A stretch of DNA of 59,876 nucleotides from an uncultured Candidatus Saccharibacteria bacterium (lineage in GTDB: Bacteria > Patescibacteriota > Minisyncoccia > Minisyncoccales > CAYJUL01). Made by a program: the position numbers and the translations under genes. Positions 19,749-30,052 of this stretch are shown here, piece after piece (position 1 is the first letter of the stretch; every line of letters begins with the position of its first letter). Location of the stretch: positions 66,595 to 126,470 of the forward strand of contig CAYNXX010000003.1 of the NCBI GenBank assembly GCA_964401295.1, given 5' to 3'. The notes beneath the pieces were generated by a model. It was not told the origin of the DNA. It worked only from the letters and a program-made list of their open reading frames with translations, and did not search any database.

Positions 19749-19978
19749 AACATAACTCCTTTATTTTGATCGGTTTTGCTATCCAATAAAAATTGTCGAC
19801 GAGCTATCTTAAAAAATTATACTTTTAGGGGACGAATGTCAACCCCATAGCGTCTTAAGGTAGTCATTTGCATTATCGATGCCGTAAAGCGATACGAGCG
19901 CCGTCCGGTTTATAACATACCAATGACGATGTCAGACGAACTCTAACGTGGAGCATTCTAAAAACAAAAAGGGGTCTT

Positions 19979-20944
19979 TTAGGACCCCTCTAACTCATAT
20001 TCAGGCGGCTCGGCTATCGCATTTACAATCTCCATAATAATATTCTCTGCTCGCAGACCTTTCATGCGCGCGCCTGGTTTAAGCATGAGTCTGTGCGTCA
20101 GCACTGAAACCGCAAGGCACCGCACGTCGCAGGGTAAAACGTATGTGCGATTTTCAACCAATGCCATGGCTTTTGAAGCGCGCTGTAAAATGTTTAGAGC
20201 GCGGTCTGAAACGCCCAAATCCACTTCGGCATAGTTACGCGTAGCATTAACCAGTGCGTAGATGTAAGAACGTATTTGAGGATGGAGAAATATATCCTCC
20301 AACACGCGCTTTTTCTCGGTAATAATATCAGAAACTTGGGCCACTGGCTCAAGCAGATCAATTGGATGGCCCTTATCGAGACGGGACATAAGCTCAAGCG
20401 CATCCTCTCTAGATGCATAACCAAGCTGTATGCGCATCATAAAACGATCAAGTTGGGCTTCAGGCAAAGGATATGTACCTTCGTATTCAATAGGATTCTG
20501 CGTTGCCAAGACGATGAATAATTCCTGCGGCAAAAGATAGCTTACGCCGTCTACCGTAACCTGATGTTCCTCCATGCCCTCCAGCATGGCGGACTGGGTC
20601 TTTGGCGTACCACGGTTAATCTCATCTGCCAAAACGATATTGGCCATAATGGGTCCTGGCCGAAATTCGAAACCAGATTTTTCCTGGTTCCAAATATTCA
20701 GCCCGACAATATCATTCGGTGTAATGTCGGGTGTAAACTGAATGCGCTTAAAGTCGGCGTCGATCGAGCGAGCTATGCTGCGCGCAAGCATTGTTTTTCC
20801 AAGGCCAGGCACATCTTCAAGCAGTACGTGCCCTCCGGCGAGCATAGCCACCACCACCAACTTTATTTGTTGTCGTTTGCCGACAATAACCTTTTCCACG
20901 TTGTCTATTATATTTGCTATGCAGGTTGTTACAACCCCCATCAT
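19979..20944 (-). CDS. moxR: MoxR family AAA+ ATPase
   Basis: GHVLLEDVPGLGKT, RIQFTPD, ADEINR..PKTQSA, ATQNPIEYEGTYPLPEAQLDRF. Confidence 0.96.
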   Translation of the reverse strand: MMGVVTTCIANIIDNVEKVIVGKRQQIKLVVVAMLAGGHVLLEDVPGLGKTMLARSIARSIDADFKRIQFTPDITPNDIVGLNIWNQEKSGFEFRPGPIMANIVLADEINRGTPKTQSAMLEGMEEHQVTVDGVSYLLPQELFIVLATQNPIEYEGTYPLPEAQLDRFMMRIQLGYASREDALELMSRLDKGHPIDLLEPVAQVSDIITEKKRVLEDIFLHPQIRSYIYALVNATRNYAEVDLGVSDRALNILQRASKAMALVENRTYVLPCDVRCLAVSVLTHRLMLKPGARMKGLRAENIIMEIVNAIAEPPEYELEGS

Positions 20945-21114
20945 TCATCCCTCCACAAGATTTGATTTTAAGGTGCCGGTGGATAAAAACCCTATCTGTT
21001 TATGGTCCAGATAAATTATCATATCACCCAAGATCTGTCAAATGGATCTAGGCTCTTACCTCACTTTGTCGTGCAAAAACCTGTAGCGATTATGTCGCTT
21101 ATAAAAAGTATTTG

Positions 21115-21201
21115 CGGAGGAGGTGGGACTCGAACCCACAAGACCTTTTTTAAGGGTCGCAGTTTAGCAAACTGCTGCAATAACCATTATGCGACTCCTC
21201 C
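21115..21201 (-). tRNA. tRNA-Ser(GCT)
   Basis: GGAGGAG acceptor, GCAGT-TTGCTAA-ACTGC anticodon arm, long variable arm, GGTTCGAGTCC. Confidence 0.93.
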
Positions 21202-21324
21202 AGCGCGCTTATTTGGCACATCCTCTCGGATGCGTTTATTTTAAGCTAAGTTACATGTTGCGTCAATTATAAATTTATTATATAATTCAGGTGCACCAAA
21301 CTCGATTCGCATATTTCCACCATC

Positions 21325-21399
21325 GCCTCCATAGCTCAACGGATAGAGTGTGGGTTTGCGGAACCCAAGATAGAGGTTCGATTCCTCTTGGGGGCACCA
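21325..21399 (+). tRNA. tRNA-Arg(GCG)
   Basis: GCCTCCA/TGGGGGC acceptor, TGGGT-TTGCGGA-ACCCA anticodon arm, GGTTCGATTCC, ACCA end. Confidence 0.93.
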
Positions 21400-21524
21400 G
21401 AAAGGAAATTGCAAGAATGGAATTCGCGATTTCGTTTAGGGGGGAGAAATTTTTTAATCAAATCTAATGCTTAAAAAGTGGCCTGAAACAGGATTATTTT
21501 TATTTGATCCAGCGCTACGATGAA

Positions 21525-21553
21525 TTGACAAATTTTTGTGAGTATGCTATACT
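21525..21553 (+). promoter_or_regulatory. Near-consensus sigma70 promoter with extended -10
   Basis: TTGACA-17 nt-TATACT preceded by TGn. Confidence 0.75.
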
Positions 21554-21638
21554 ATTTATGTCTTTGGGATTCCGAAAACCCGCTGACCTTGGCGGTATTG
21601 TGCCGCCGAGAGTAGCATCTTGAAGGAGGTAACGAAAC

Positions 21639-21797
21639 ATGAAGTGTGATTTCACGATGTTCGGTGTGGGATTTCTCATCGGGAACCTGGGCGCCAGCCT
21701 CGTGTTGCAGACCACCACCATTGACAACGCCGTGACCATCGGTATCGGGCTGTTGCTCATCGTGGGGAGCCGGTATGGTCTCTTCGGCAGAACCTGA
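21639..21797 (+). CDS. 52-aa two-helix membrane peptide (below the ORF-track cutoff)
   Basis: AAGGAGGT SD; MKCDFTMFGVGFLIGNLGASLVLQTTTIDNAVTIGIGLLLIVGSRYGLFGRT; own promoter and terminator-like hairpin 21838-21882. Confidence 0.7.
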   Translation: MKCDFTMFGVGFLIGNLGASLVLQTTTIDNAVTIGIGLLLIVGSRYGLFGRT

Positions 21798-22225
21798 CAC
21801 GCGTAGTGCCATCGCTGCCACGCCGACACCCCGTCCACGAGTCCCTTACGGACCAAATATCTGTTTGGGGCTCTCGCTTTTTCTAAAATTGAAATCACTT
21901 CCATAATTTACTATTATTAATTCACTCAAGGTATTCGTTTTCGCGAATTCTTGGATTTATTCGCCGCTAAAGAAATTTGGAAATTGTTAAATCTTGTTTT
22001 GGTCCGCTACGAATTTTTTTGCAGCGAAAACGAATTGGGATTTTGCAAAACGTCTACTGCGTTTCATAAAAAGAAGGTTCAAGCATTTTCAAGGATTGGG
22101 CACATAAACCAAATCTTAGCCAAAAATTAATCTAAATTTTTCTATTCAGAATAATAGGCGTATAGGTAAAAATCAAAGTTCTGTTGAAAATAGCTTTGTG
22201 CTATATAACACGGGATCCTGACGAG

Positions 22226-24355
22226 GTGAATCTTTTAACTCCGTTGGTTCAGCTTCGCGGCATAGGACCGGTTTTGCAAAAAAAACTGAAACGCATAGGA
22301 ATTGTAACCTGCCACGATTTGCTTTTCCATTTTCCTCATCGCTATGAGGATTTTTCGGACTTGACGCCGATTTCGGAAATAAAACTCAATCAAAAATGCT
22401 GCGTAAGGGGCCAAATCATCATGATAGAAACAAATCGTACTTTCCGAAAAAGAATGATTATAACGAGCGCCATTTTGAAAGATGACAACGGTTCAATAAA
22501 AGCCGTGTGGTTCAACCGTCCATATATAACAAAAATATTAAAACCGGGTGATCTTGTCTCTCTTGCCGGAAAAGCGCTTGCGGATAAAAATGGAATTTAT
22601 CTTTCGAATCCAGCGTATGAAAAACTAGGCAATGCGCAAGATATCGCAGAATTAACCCATACCGGAAGAATAATTCCGGTATATCCGGAGACCGAAGGGC
22701 TATCCTCGCGCTGGCTAAGATCAGTAATAAAATTATTATTATTGCAACTCCAAAATAAAATCCCGGATGTTTTGCCGCCAACGGTGCAAAAAGAATATGG
22801 AATTATGCCGCTTCAAAAAGCCCTATGGCAAATTCATTTTCCGGAGTCATATAAGCTTGCGGAAAAAGCCCGGGAACGCTTAGCCTTCCAGGAATTATTT
22901 ACGATTTCGCTCGCGGTACTTCGTGAACGCGCTCGGCTTAACAAGTGCAAGGCCACGCCAATAACCCTTGAGCTTGAAATTATCCAAAAATTCGTAAAAT
23001 CTTTTCCATTTCGGCTGACCGATGCGCAGAAAAAAGTTGCGTGGCAAATTTTAAAGGATATGGAAAGACAACGGCCAATGAATAGATTGTTGCAGGGTGA
23101 CGTTGGTTCTGGCAAAACCGTAGTTGCGCTTACCGCGGCGTTAAATGCCATAAAAGCCGGCTATCAAACCGCTTTTATGGCGCCAACCGAGATACTTGCA
23201 AAACAGCATTTTCAAACCGCAAGCCAGCTGATGTCAAAATTTAAAATAAACATCGGTCTGCTTACCGGGAAAACAGATTATTTCATTTCAAAAAAATTAC
23301 CAAACCAAATTATTGAAATCTCGCGCCAGAAACTTTTGGAAAAAACCAAAAATGGCGAAATGCAGCTGCTGCTGGGCACTCACGCCCTGATACAGGACAA
23401 AGTGAAATTCGGCAATCTTGCCCTGGTTATCTTAGACGAACAGCATAGGTTCGGTGTTAAACAAAGGGCTAAACTTTTAACGCAGAATGCAGGCGATGTA
23501 AAATTGCCGCACCTTTTATCCATGACCGCCACTCCAATCCCCCGCACATTGGCCCTGACTGTTTACGGCGACCTTGATCTTTCTTTGATTGACCAGCTGC
23601 CTATCGGTCGGAAAAAAATAATCACCGAAATAATTCCGCCGCAGCGCAGAAAAGAAGCTTATGATTTTATAAAAAATGAGGCGCGCAATGGCAGGCAGGT
23701 TTTTGTTATCTGCCCACGGATCGAAAAACCAAACGCAAAATCCAAAAAAGATGCGCTTGATTGGAACGAGGCCAAGGCAGTAAAGGAAGAATATGAAAAA
23801 TTATCAAAAAAAATATTTCCCGATTTGAAAGTTATGATGCTGCACGGAAAAATAGCCACCAAGGAAAAAGAAAAAATAATGCGCGAATTTAAAAATGGTA
23901 GGGGTGATATACTCGTTTCTACCTCCGTGGTGGAAGTTGGAGTTGACGTACCAAATGCCACAGTAATGATGATTGAAGGCGCAGATCGCTTCGGCCTTGC
24001 GCAATTGCATCAATTTCGCGGAAGGGTGGGCCGGTCAGAACAGCAATCTTATTGCCTGCTTTTTACCGAATCAACCGCCATAAAAACTAAACTAAGGTTA
24101 AAAGCCCTGCTCGAACATGACAGTGGTTTTAAACTGGCCGAAAGAGATCTTGCCATCCGCGGACCCGGAGATTTTTCCGGCTCACGCCAATGGGGTCTAC
24201 CGGATCTAGTCATGAATTCTCTCAACGATTTGCGGCTGGTCGAGAAAACTCGCCAAGCCGCGAAAGATGTCTTGTTTGACGATCCGCACCTAAAAAAATA
24301 TCCGTCGCTACGGATAGAAATTGAAAAATTTAGGGAAAGGATTCACTTAGAATAG
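22226..24355 (+). CDS. recG: ATP-dependent DNA helicase RecG
   Basis: HFPHRYED, LQGDVGSGKT, DEQHRFG, MTATPIPRT, QLHQFRGRVGR, RGPGDFSG; GTG start inferred. Confidence 0.96.
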   Translation: MNLLTPLVQLRGIGPVLQKKLKRIGIVTCHDLLFHFPHRYEDFSDLTPISEIKLNQKCCVRGQIIMIETNRTFRKRMIITSAILKDDNGSIKAVWFNRPYITKILKPGDLVSLAGKALADKNGIYLSNPAYEKLGNAQDIAELTHTGRIIPVYPETEGLSSRWLRSVIKLLLLQLQNKIPDVLPPTVQKEYGIMPLQKALWQIHFPESYKLAEKARERLAFQELFTISLAVLRERARLNKCKATPITLELEIIQKFVKSFPFRLTDAQKKVAWQILKDMERQRPMNRLLQGDVGSGKTVVALTAALNAIKAGYQTAFMAPTEILAKQHFQTASQLMSKFKINIGLLTGKTDYFISKKLPNQIIEISRQKLLEKTKNGEMQLLLGTHALIQDKVKFGNLALVILDEQHRFGVKQRAKLLTQNAGDVKLPHLLSMTATPIPRTLALTVYGDLDLSLIDQLPIGRKKIITEIIPPQRRKEAYDFIKNEARNGRQVFVICPRIEKPNAKSKKDALDWNEAKAVKEEYEKLSKKIFPDLKVMMLHGKIATKEKEKIMREFKNGRGDILVSTSVVEVGVDVPNATVMMIEGADRFGLAQLHQFRGRVGRSEQQSYCLLFTESTAIKTKLRLKALLEHDSGFKLAERDLAIRGPGDFSGSRQWGLPDLVMNSLNDLRLVEKTRQAAKDVLFDDPHLKKYPSLRIEIEKFRERIHLE

Positions 24356-24398
24356 AATCTAGAAATGGAAACGCTGCCCGAATTTTATATTCTATTTT

Positions 24399-25964
24399 CT
24401 AGCTTCTATTCTCTCTAGTTTTTGGCGTCGGCCAAAAGCCTATATACCTTCCGAGCATCAATCTTGTTTGCGCGTCCAGCGCGGGAATTGCCGTAAAAAA
24501 TATCATTACGATGGGAAATAAAAACCATTCGGCCGCGAGAAAAACATAGTGCCAATTTTTGTATTGCGGTGGGCGCGGCGGCAGCATTCTTATGCTAAAA
24601 TATGCTGAGCTTATAAGGCCGACCATTGATATGGTAAGTATTCTGCTGACAAGCCGCGGCAAATTGTAGCCGAGCAATGTCTGAGAAAAACTTTCTCCGC
24701 CCAAAAACAAAGGCAACCAGCCAAGCAAAAAAATCAAAAATGGCGCGGTTGCCCAAGACCAATGGCCCTCTATCAGCTCAAAGCTCAAGCCCCATTTTTT
24801 AGCTGCGGGGATTTTTTTATTTTTCAAAAATCCGAAAAGAAAATATGGAATGTCAGCTGCACCATATGCCCAGCGCCGCTGTTGAAGATATAAATTCTTT
24901 AGGGTCTGCCAAAAAGATTTTGCCGTATTGGCATCCATCGCGATTGGATAATAAAGCGGTTTGGCGATGTAATTGCCATTGTAAAAAAGAAAGCACTGCC
25001 AGAAGATGCGCGAATCGTCAGAAACAACATTGGTCTGCTTGAAGCCAACGTCAACCAAGGCCTTAAAGCTCATTGAATGTGAGGAAAAAGTGATAAGCTT
25101 TTCTGGCCTTTCCTGATTCATAATCTGCCAGAAAGTTGAAGAAAAAGAAAACATCCGCGAAAAAGATGATGCCGACCAAATGTTGTTGATAAAAAGCGGG
25201 ATTGGCTGAAAGCTACAACGCGTAGGATTTTCGGCAATAAGATATTGGTAGGTAAGTAAGCTAAAATATTGCGGGAAAATTGCTGTATCTATGTCAAAAG
25301 AGGAAAAAATAATATTTTCCAGTGGAATCCCCAACGGTTTGATGATTTTTTGGAAAACCTCACGCGAAGACCAGGCTTCATTGGAACCCTTGCCGGGTAT
25401 TTCCCTTGGTAAATTTACCGGGTGCCAGGTGATAAAAAATTTGAAAAATTTATCGCCGAATTCCTGCTCCATCAAGTTTGCGCTCGCACCAACAAGCTGT
25501 AGCGCTTTTTCTTCGCATGCCAAAACCACGATTATCCTTTCCTTCGGATAATCCGACGCGTATAAAGCAGAAAGTGTTTCCCTAATAATCTCCACCGGTT
25601 CCATATACATCGGCAAAATTACAAGATGATAAACATCGCTCCATTGTCTTACCGGCAGGTGAAAATCGCCTGGATTTAACTTATCCAACCGATTCCGCCA
25701 ATTTACCTTTTCATGTTTCTTCATAAGATCATAACCTATGCGTAGGTGCACTGATAAATAGATCGTACGCAGCAGCCAGAAAATTACGAAAACGATAATA
25801 AAAATCGCCACCCATACGGGCCGAAGCCAGGAGAAAAGAATCACCAAAATCAAAACGCTCCAGCTCAAAAAGCCGGGCAACGTTTCAAAAAGGCGATATA
25901 TGATTCTGTCGCGCGGATTTGATAAGTCCCTGAAACTATTAATCCTAAGGTAATCCTTTTCCAT
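24399..25964 (-). CDS. Membrane glycosyltransferase, family 2-like
   Basis: LPMYME, GKGSN, FDID, SDD, QQRRWAYG (QxxRW), multiple TMs. Confidence 0.85.
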   Translation of the reverse strand: MEKDYLRINSFRDLSNPRDRIIYRLFETLPGFLSWSVLILVILFSWLRPVWVAIFIIVFVIFWLLRTIYLSVHLRIGYDLMKKHEKVNWRNRLDKLNPGDFHLPVRQWSDVYHLVILPMYMEPVEIIRETLSALYASDYPKERIIVVLACEEKALQLVGASANLMEQEFGDKFFKFFITWHPVNLPREIPGKGSNEAWSSREVFQKIIKPLGIPLENIIFSSFDIDTAIFPQYFSLLTYQYLIAENPTRCSFQPIPLFINNIWSASSFSRMFSFSSTFWQIMNQERPEKLITFSSHSMSFKALVDVGFKQTNVVSDDSRIFWQCFLFYNGNYIAKPLYYPIAMDANTAKSFWQTLKNLYLQQRRWAYGAADIPYFLFGFLKNKKIPAAKKWGLSFELIEGHWSWATAPFLIFLLGWLPLFLGGESFSQTLLGYNLPRLVSRILTISMVGLISSAYFSIRMLPPRPPQYKNWHYVFLAAEWFLFPIVMIFFTAIPALDAQTRLMLGRYIGFWPTPKTRENRS

Positions 25965-26052
25965 CTAGTTTAGTTCTATATTATTTCTCGCATAATGACA
26001 AATGAAAAAGCGTGGATTGGCTCCACGCTTTATGCTTTAAAAGTGCTAATTA

Positions 26053-28302
26053 TTAAGAGAACTTTTCAACTAACTTTTGGTCTATAACGTAGAGGCAAAT
26101 TTCCTTCGCCCCCTGCTCGGTATATCCGAATTTATCCATCAAACTCTTAATCATATGTTCTATGTGCTCGCGCATTCTACGGTCAAACGTCCTGAAGACT
26201 CTGGTCCCGTAAGCATTAACTGCGTCACGGAAAGTATTATTCTTAATGAATGGCTGAAGAACCTGTTCTTTAAGGTTCCTGGTATAAGCTTCAAAGAAAA
26301 TTCTATACAAGTCCGTTTCGGTGATAGGCTTACCAGACTGTGCAATGGTTTCAACATATTTTTTCTGGGAGCGCTGGGCAGATGCCAATGCTTCTACATC
26401 AGACAACTGTTTTCCAGCAATCAAACTGCTGATTTGCTTTAAAAACTCAAGTGTGACTTTTATCTCCTCGCCCGTAGCGGGACAAATTACCTTCGTGCCA
26501 ACATCGTAGTTTATGGCACACAGATAATGAAGAATGTCTTTGCAGATCTGCTGCTCGTTATAGAAATAGAGCGCTTCTTTTACCTGGCCCAAAACCTGAT
26601 AATCGTAAAGGTTTACAAGTGACTCAATGAAGCCTTTAGGTATGCCATTGACAAGGTCATCACGCTTTTCCTTGGGTATGCCATACTTGAAATAGTCCGT
26701 AAGATTATCCATATTAATCAGCTTTGGAGGCGGATCGTTGGGCTTAGACTCATGTGGCTTAAGCTCATAGCGGGTGAAAAAGTCCCCGAAGAATTGAATA
26801 GCATCTCTGCCAGAAAATCCTTTGTTGCCTTCTTTTTCCGCAAATGCAATTACTCTTTTTCTAGCATCTGCGGTAAACTTCTTTCTGTCGTCATCTGTAA
26901 GCCACGAGGGAATGACTCCGTTGTATATCTCCATACGGAGCAGTAAACCCATAGCGTCGCAGTATTTCGCATACTTTGCGAGGTCGCCAACCCACTCTTT
27001 AATGGGTGGGCACTCGGCGCTCATCCTGGAGGCAATGATAATTCTTGCAAAGTTGTCCAAAACTCCGGGAAGAAAGCGCGCATCAATATGGTTTCCAAAA
27101 GTGCTGCGGTAAATCTTAACTTCCGTCGGGACTTCCAAAACATAAAGAATGCTGTTTCGCTGGATCCGCGCCTGAAGCGATTCAAGTTTTTTGTCTTTAA
27201 GGGCGTCGCTATCCTCAGGGTTCATCAGGGCGAAGAAAAGCGAATTGATACGCTCTTCTATGTCCCCTCTTACCCTATGAACGCCTTCGGAAATCACGTT
27301 ATGCAACTCTATCAAGCGGTCCATGTTATGGGATTTAATGTCCATCAGGACGTAAATACCATTGTTCGTCCTTGCCTGTGGCGAGAAAATATATTTTACC
27401 GCATTTGGTCCAAAGATTTGGTCAAGCCTGTCTTGAACTTGCTTGTCAGTTAAAGAAGTATCCGGCATGGGCTTATCGCCGGGGTTAAAAATACTTACAC
27501 CTTCGCCTAAGCGCCTGTCAAACTTATATGGCCGAACACGAACCATACTAAGAACTTTATCCAAAGAGCCAAGCTTATCAAATAGAGCCCAGAAAAGAGA
27601 TCTGCACACAGTACAAACCTCATCTCTGAATACCCACTCATACTCTTTTTCTGTAGAAAGTTTGTGCTTGAGCTCGGTCATACTTTTCCCGAGCAACCGG
27701 TCCAAAAAAGCAGTGCGGTAATTCTTGGGAATAAGGAGTATCGGATAATCGTGACTCGGACACGCAACTTCGATTTTCTGCGGATGATCGGCATTAGCCC
27801 TGTCATCCGTTTTGCTCGGAAGATATTCGCCGTCTATCTCCCAGAAAACTTCAAAACTCTGACCTTCTGACGTGTCGGTGTAAGCTTCAAACCTTCCGAG
27901 AAGGTTATCCAGGAATGTAGATTTACCACATCCGGGAGGACCCTCATATACGTAAATCCTGTTTTGCTGGGAACCCTGCTTGAGAGTCCCGATCTGTCTG
28001 ACGAATCTATTGGCAAAAAGCCTGTCTGCAAAAAAGGGACTATCCGCGCCCTCAACAAGAAGCCGTGAACAGTCGTAATCAACGTAGCCTATGGATTCGG
28101 GATCGTCGGGGTATTCGTCCACGCCTTCGCCGATATAGGACCCCACCATGTCATGAAACAGCTGGAAAATATTGCGTAGAGCTTTTTCCGGCTGAGTTAT
28201 CAAGAACCCAAGGTATTCTTCAAAGGTCAGAATCGTTTTTTTCTCTCTGCTTTCAATCTCCGATTTTAGAAACTCAAGAGCGCCCTTCGTGCTATCCATC
28301 AT
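26053..28302 (-). CDS. prkA: PrkA/YeaG family AAA+ protein, copy 2
   Basis: Walker A GPPGCGKS, CPSHDYP, ARTNNGI, GFSGR, C-terminal FGYTEQGAKEI; AGGAGG before ATG 28302. Confidence 0.82.
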   Translation of the reverse strand: MMDSTKGALEFLKSEIESREKKTILTFEEYLGFLITQPEKALRNIFQLFHDMVGSYIGEGVDEYPDDPESIGYVDYDCSRLLVEGADSPFFADRLFANRFVRQIGTLKQGSQQNRIYVYEGPPGCGKSTFLDNLLGRFEAYTDTSEGQSFEVFWEIDGEYLPSKTDDRANADHPQKIEVACPSHDYPILLIPKNYRTAFLDRLLGKSMTELKHKLSTEKEYEWVFRDEVCTVCRSLFWALFDKLGSLDKVLSMVRVRPYKFDRRLGEGVSIFNPGDKPMPDTSLTDKQVQDRLDQIFGPNAVKYIFSPQARTNNGIYVLMDIKSHNMDRLIELHNVISEGVHRVRGDIEERINSLFFALMNPEDSDALKDKKLESLQARIQRNSILYVLEVPTEVKIYRSTFGNHIDARFLPGVLDNFARIIIASRMSAECPPIKEWVGDLAKYAKYCDAMGLLLRMEIYNGVIPSWLTDDDRKKFTADARKRVIAFAEKEGNKGFSGRDAIQFFGDFFTRYELKPHESKPNDPPPKLINMDNLTDYFKYGIPKEKRDDLVNGIPKGFIESLVNLYDYQVLGQVKEALYFYNEQQICKDILHYLCAINYDVGTKVICPATGEEIKVTLEFLKQISSLIAGKQLSDVEALASAQRSQKKYVETIAQSGKPITETDLYRIFFEAYTRNLKEQVLQPFIKNNTFRDAVNAYGTRVFRTFDRRMREHIEHMIKSLMDKFGYTEQGAKEICLYVIDQKLVEKFS

Positions 28303-28319
28303 AATACTCCTCCTTCTGG

Positions 28320-30029
28320 TCAAGACAGAATTGTCTTTTGGATGTTTTTCTTGTCGCAAGTATAAAGCACGCGGACCCTTTTAACTTCGGGCACGCCCTC
28401 GGGATCCGGCATCTGATAATATTGGCCGTACCATTTTACATCAATCATCGGGGTGGCAATTTCAAATTCTGTTGTTTCAAGCTTTACTCGCGTGCCAACA
28501 AGATATGCCAAACCCCGTAAAACTGCCGGAATGTACTCGGTAACAAGCATTCTGCCTTCAAAAACGTGGTCAAGATACAGTTCGCCGTCCTCAGCTTTCC
28601 CCTGAGAAATCAGTATGTACGGAGGATGATAAAGCGCCTTGTTTAGCATCTCACGGTAATCCTTGCCGGATCGCGATTTAATATAAACTTCAATCACTCC
28701 TTTTTGAGGATTGAACCGCATTCCGGCGACGAAAAGGTTGTACTTCGTCACAAAGTCCTGGAAATCTTCGTCGGAAAGGAAATTTACCAACATCGCATCA
28801 TTCAGGTTGCGCCTTGCTTCAAATAATATCGCCTTTCCGTATTCCTCGCCAAGACCCCGGTTATAGCGCTTTCTCTGCTCGCTGTCTTGAAGTAGCTGAT
28901 AAGCATGAGAAAGTTTTCCCTTAGCAGCTAAATCCTCAATGAACTCAAAAAGATATTTGCCGATGGTGTAAGGATTAAGTCCTAGTCTTGGATTTGCCAA
29001 TACGGCGGAGTTAACTCGGGCAAAATCAACTTCGTGGCCTTCAATTCGCGGATCAGTCACGAACAACATCTCATGCCAGTAACTTGCCCAACCCTCATGA
29101 CAAATCTTAGTTCTAATCTGCGGCTGGAAGTAAAGCGAAGTCCGCCTTACCACGCCCAAAATATCCCGCATCCACACATTCTGATTTTTGGCGATAAATT
29201 CAGAGCTATCCATAAGATGCTGTAGAATATCTTTGGGCTTAGGATTCCGAACTTCTTCCATGCGCTTTTTGAATGCGCTGTTAAACTCCGGGAACCTGCT
29301 CCTAAAACCAAGGTCATCAAAGAAAACGGCTTCTGCGCGTACGCTGCCATGCTCACGCTGGCAACGATTGTAACGCTCCAGTTCATCGTAGTAGAATTTC
29401 GGCTCTACAATCTTATCGCGCGTATGCTGCGTGAGGAAATCTCCGAAATAGAAATTTGCCTTAGCGGAAAAAATTCCGAAAATATCTTGGCTCGCGCGCC
29501 TATCCCATTCGTCCAGCTCAGCGTAGTAACCAACAAGATTGTCTATGCCGCGAGCGAATTCAATGACGTAATCAACCCATCTTTTTTCAGAGCCGAGTTC
29601 CTCGCGGATGCGATTCACAAGGCGCTTATCCGCCAATGCCTGTCCGCAAAAGTCGTCATCCCATGTCGTCCTGAAAAAGACGTTATTGTAATCCATATCT
29701 ATGTGTCCGAGGACATGGTAGAAAATCATGGCGTTAAGCCAATCCGGGTTGTTATCATTGTAGAAAGATATTGCCGGCCGGGTGTTAAGAGTTACCTCAT
29801 ACGGGTTATGCGGATAAACATCGTACATCCACTTGCCACGAAGAACTTCTATGTCGTCAACCCAATAGTCGTAAAGAGTCGGGATCATGACTTTCGGAGA
29901 AAGCTCAAGCATCTCTTGGTTGGTGATGATGTATTCTAGAGTTTCGCCCTGGATTCTAAGTCCGGCGGCTTCGGCTCGCACTCGGCACTCTTCCATTATC
30001 TTCTTAGCTTTCTGATCGATCAGTTCCAT
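28320..30029 (-). CDS. spoVR: SpoVR/YcgB family protein
   Basis: YEV..NT.P, HVLGHID, YFQPQIRTKI.HEGWASYWH, NPY.IG. Confidence 0.92.
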   Translation of the reverse strand: MELIDQKAKKIMEECRVRAEAAGLRIQGETLEYIITNQEMLELSPKVMIPTLYDYWVDDIEVLRGKWMYDVYPHNPYEVTLNTRPAISFYNDNNPDWLNAMIFYHVLGHIDMDYNNVFFRTTWDDDFCGQALADKRLVNRIREELGSEKRWVDYVIEFARGIDNLVGYYAELDEWDRRASQDIFGIFSAKANFYFGDFLTQHTRDKIVEPKFYYDELERYNRCQREHGSVRAEAVFFDDLGFRSRFPEFNSAFKKRMEEVRNPKPKDILQHLMDSSEFIAKNQNVWMRDILGVVRRTSLYFQPQIRTKICHEGWASYWHEMLFVTDPRIEGHEVDFARVNSAVLANPRLGLNPYTIGKYLFEFIEDLAAKGKLSHAYQLLQDSEQRKRYNRGLGEEYGKAILFEARRNLNDAMLVNFLSDEDFQDFVTKYNLFVAGMRFNPQKGVIEVYIKSRSGKDYREMLNKALYHPPYILISQGKAEDGELYLDHVFEGRMLVTEYIPAVLRGLAYLVGTRVKLETTEFEIATPMIDVKWYGQYYQMPDPEGVPEVKRVRVLYTCDKKNIQKTILS

Positions 30030-30052
30030 GTCTGTTTGCCTCCTTCTAGGAA

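Noticed and set aside
21515-21904. Minus-strand ORFs 21515-21904 and 21552-21821
   Set aside because: Promoter, SD and terminator all support the plus-strand 52-aa gene instead
21921-22130. Short open frame upstream of recG
   Set aside because: No SD or motif in AT-rich sequence; cannot be distinguished from chance
10560-26052. Direct-repeat att sites for the MoxR and PrkA blocks
   Set aside because: No copy of the tRNA-Ser(GCT) or tRNA-Glu 3' end was seen at the distal boundaries and neither block has an integrase, so they are not called mobile elements
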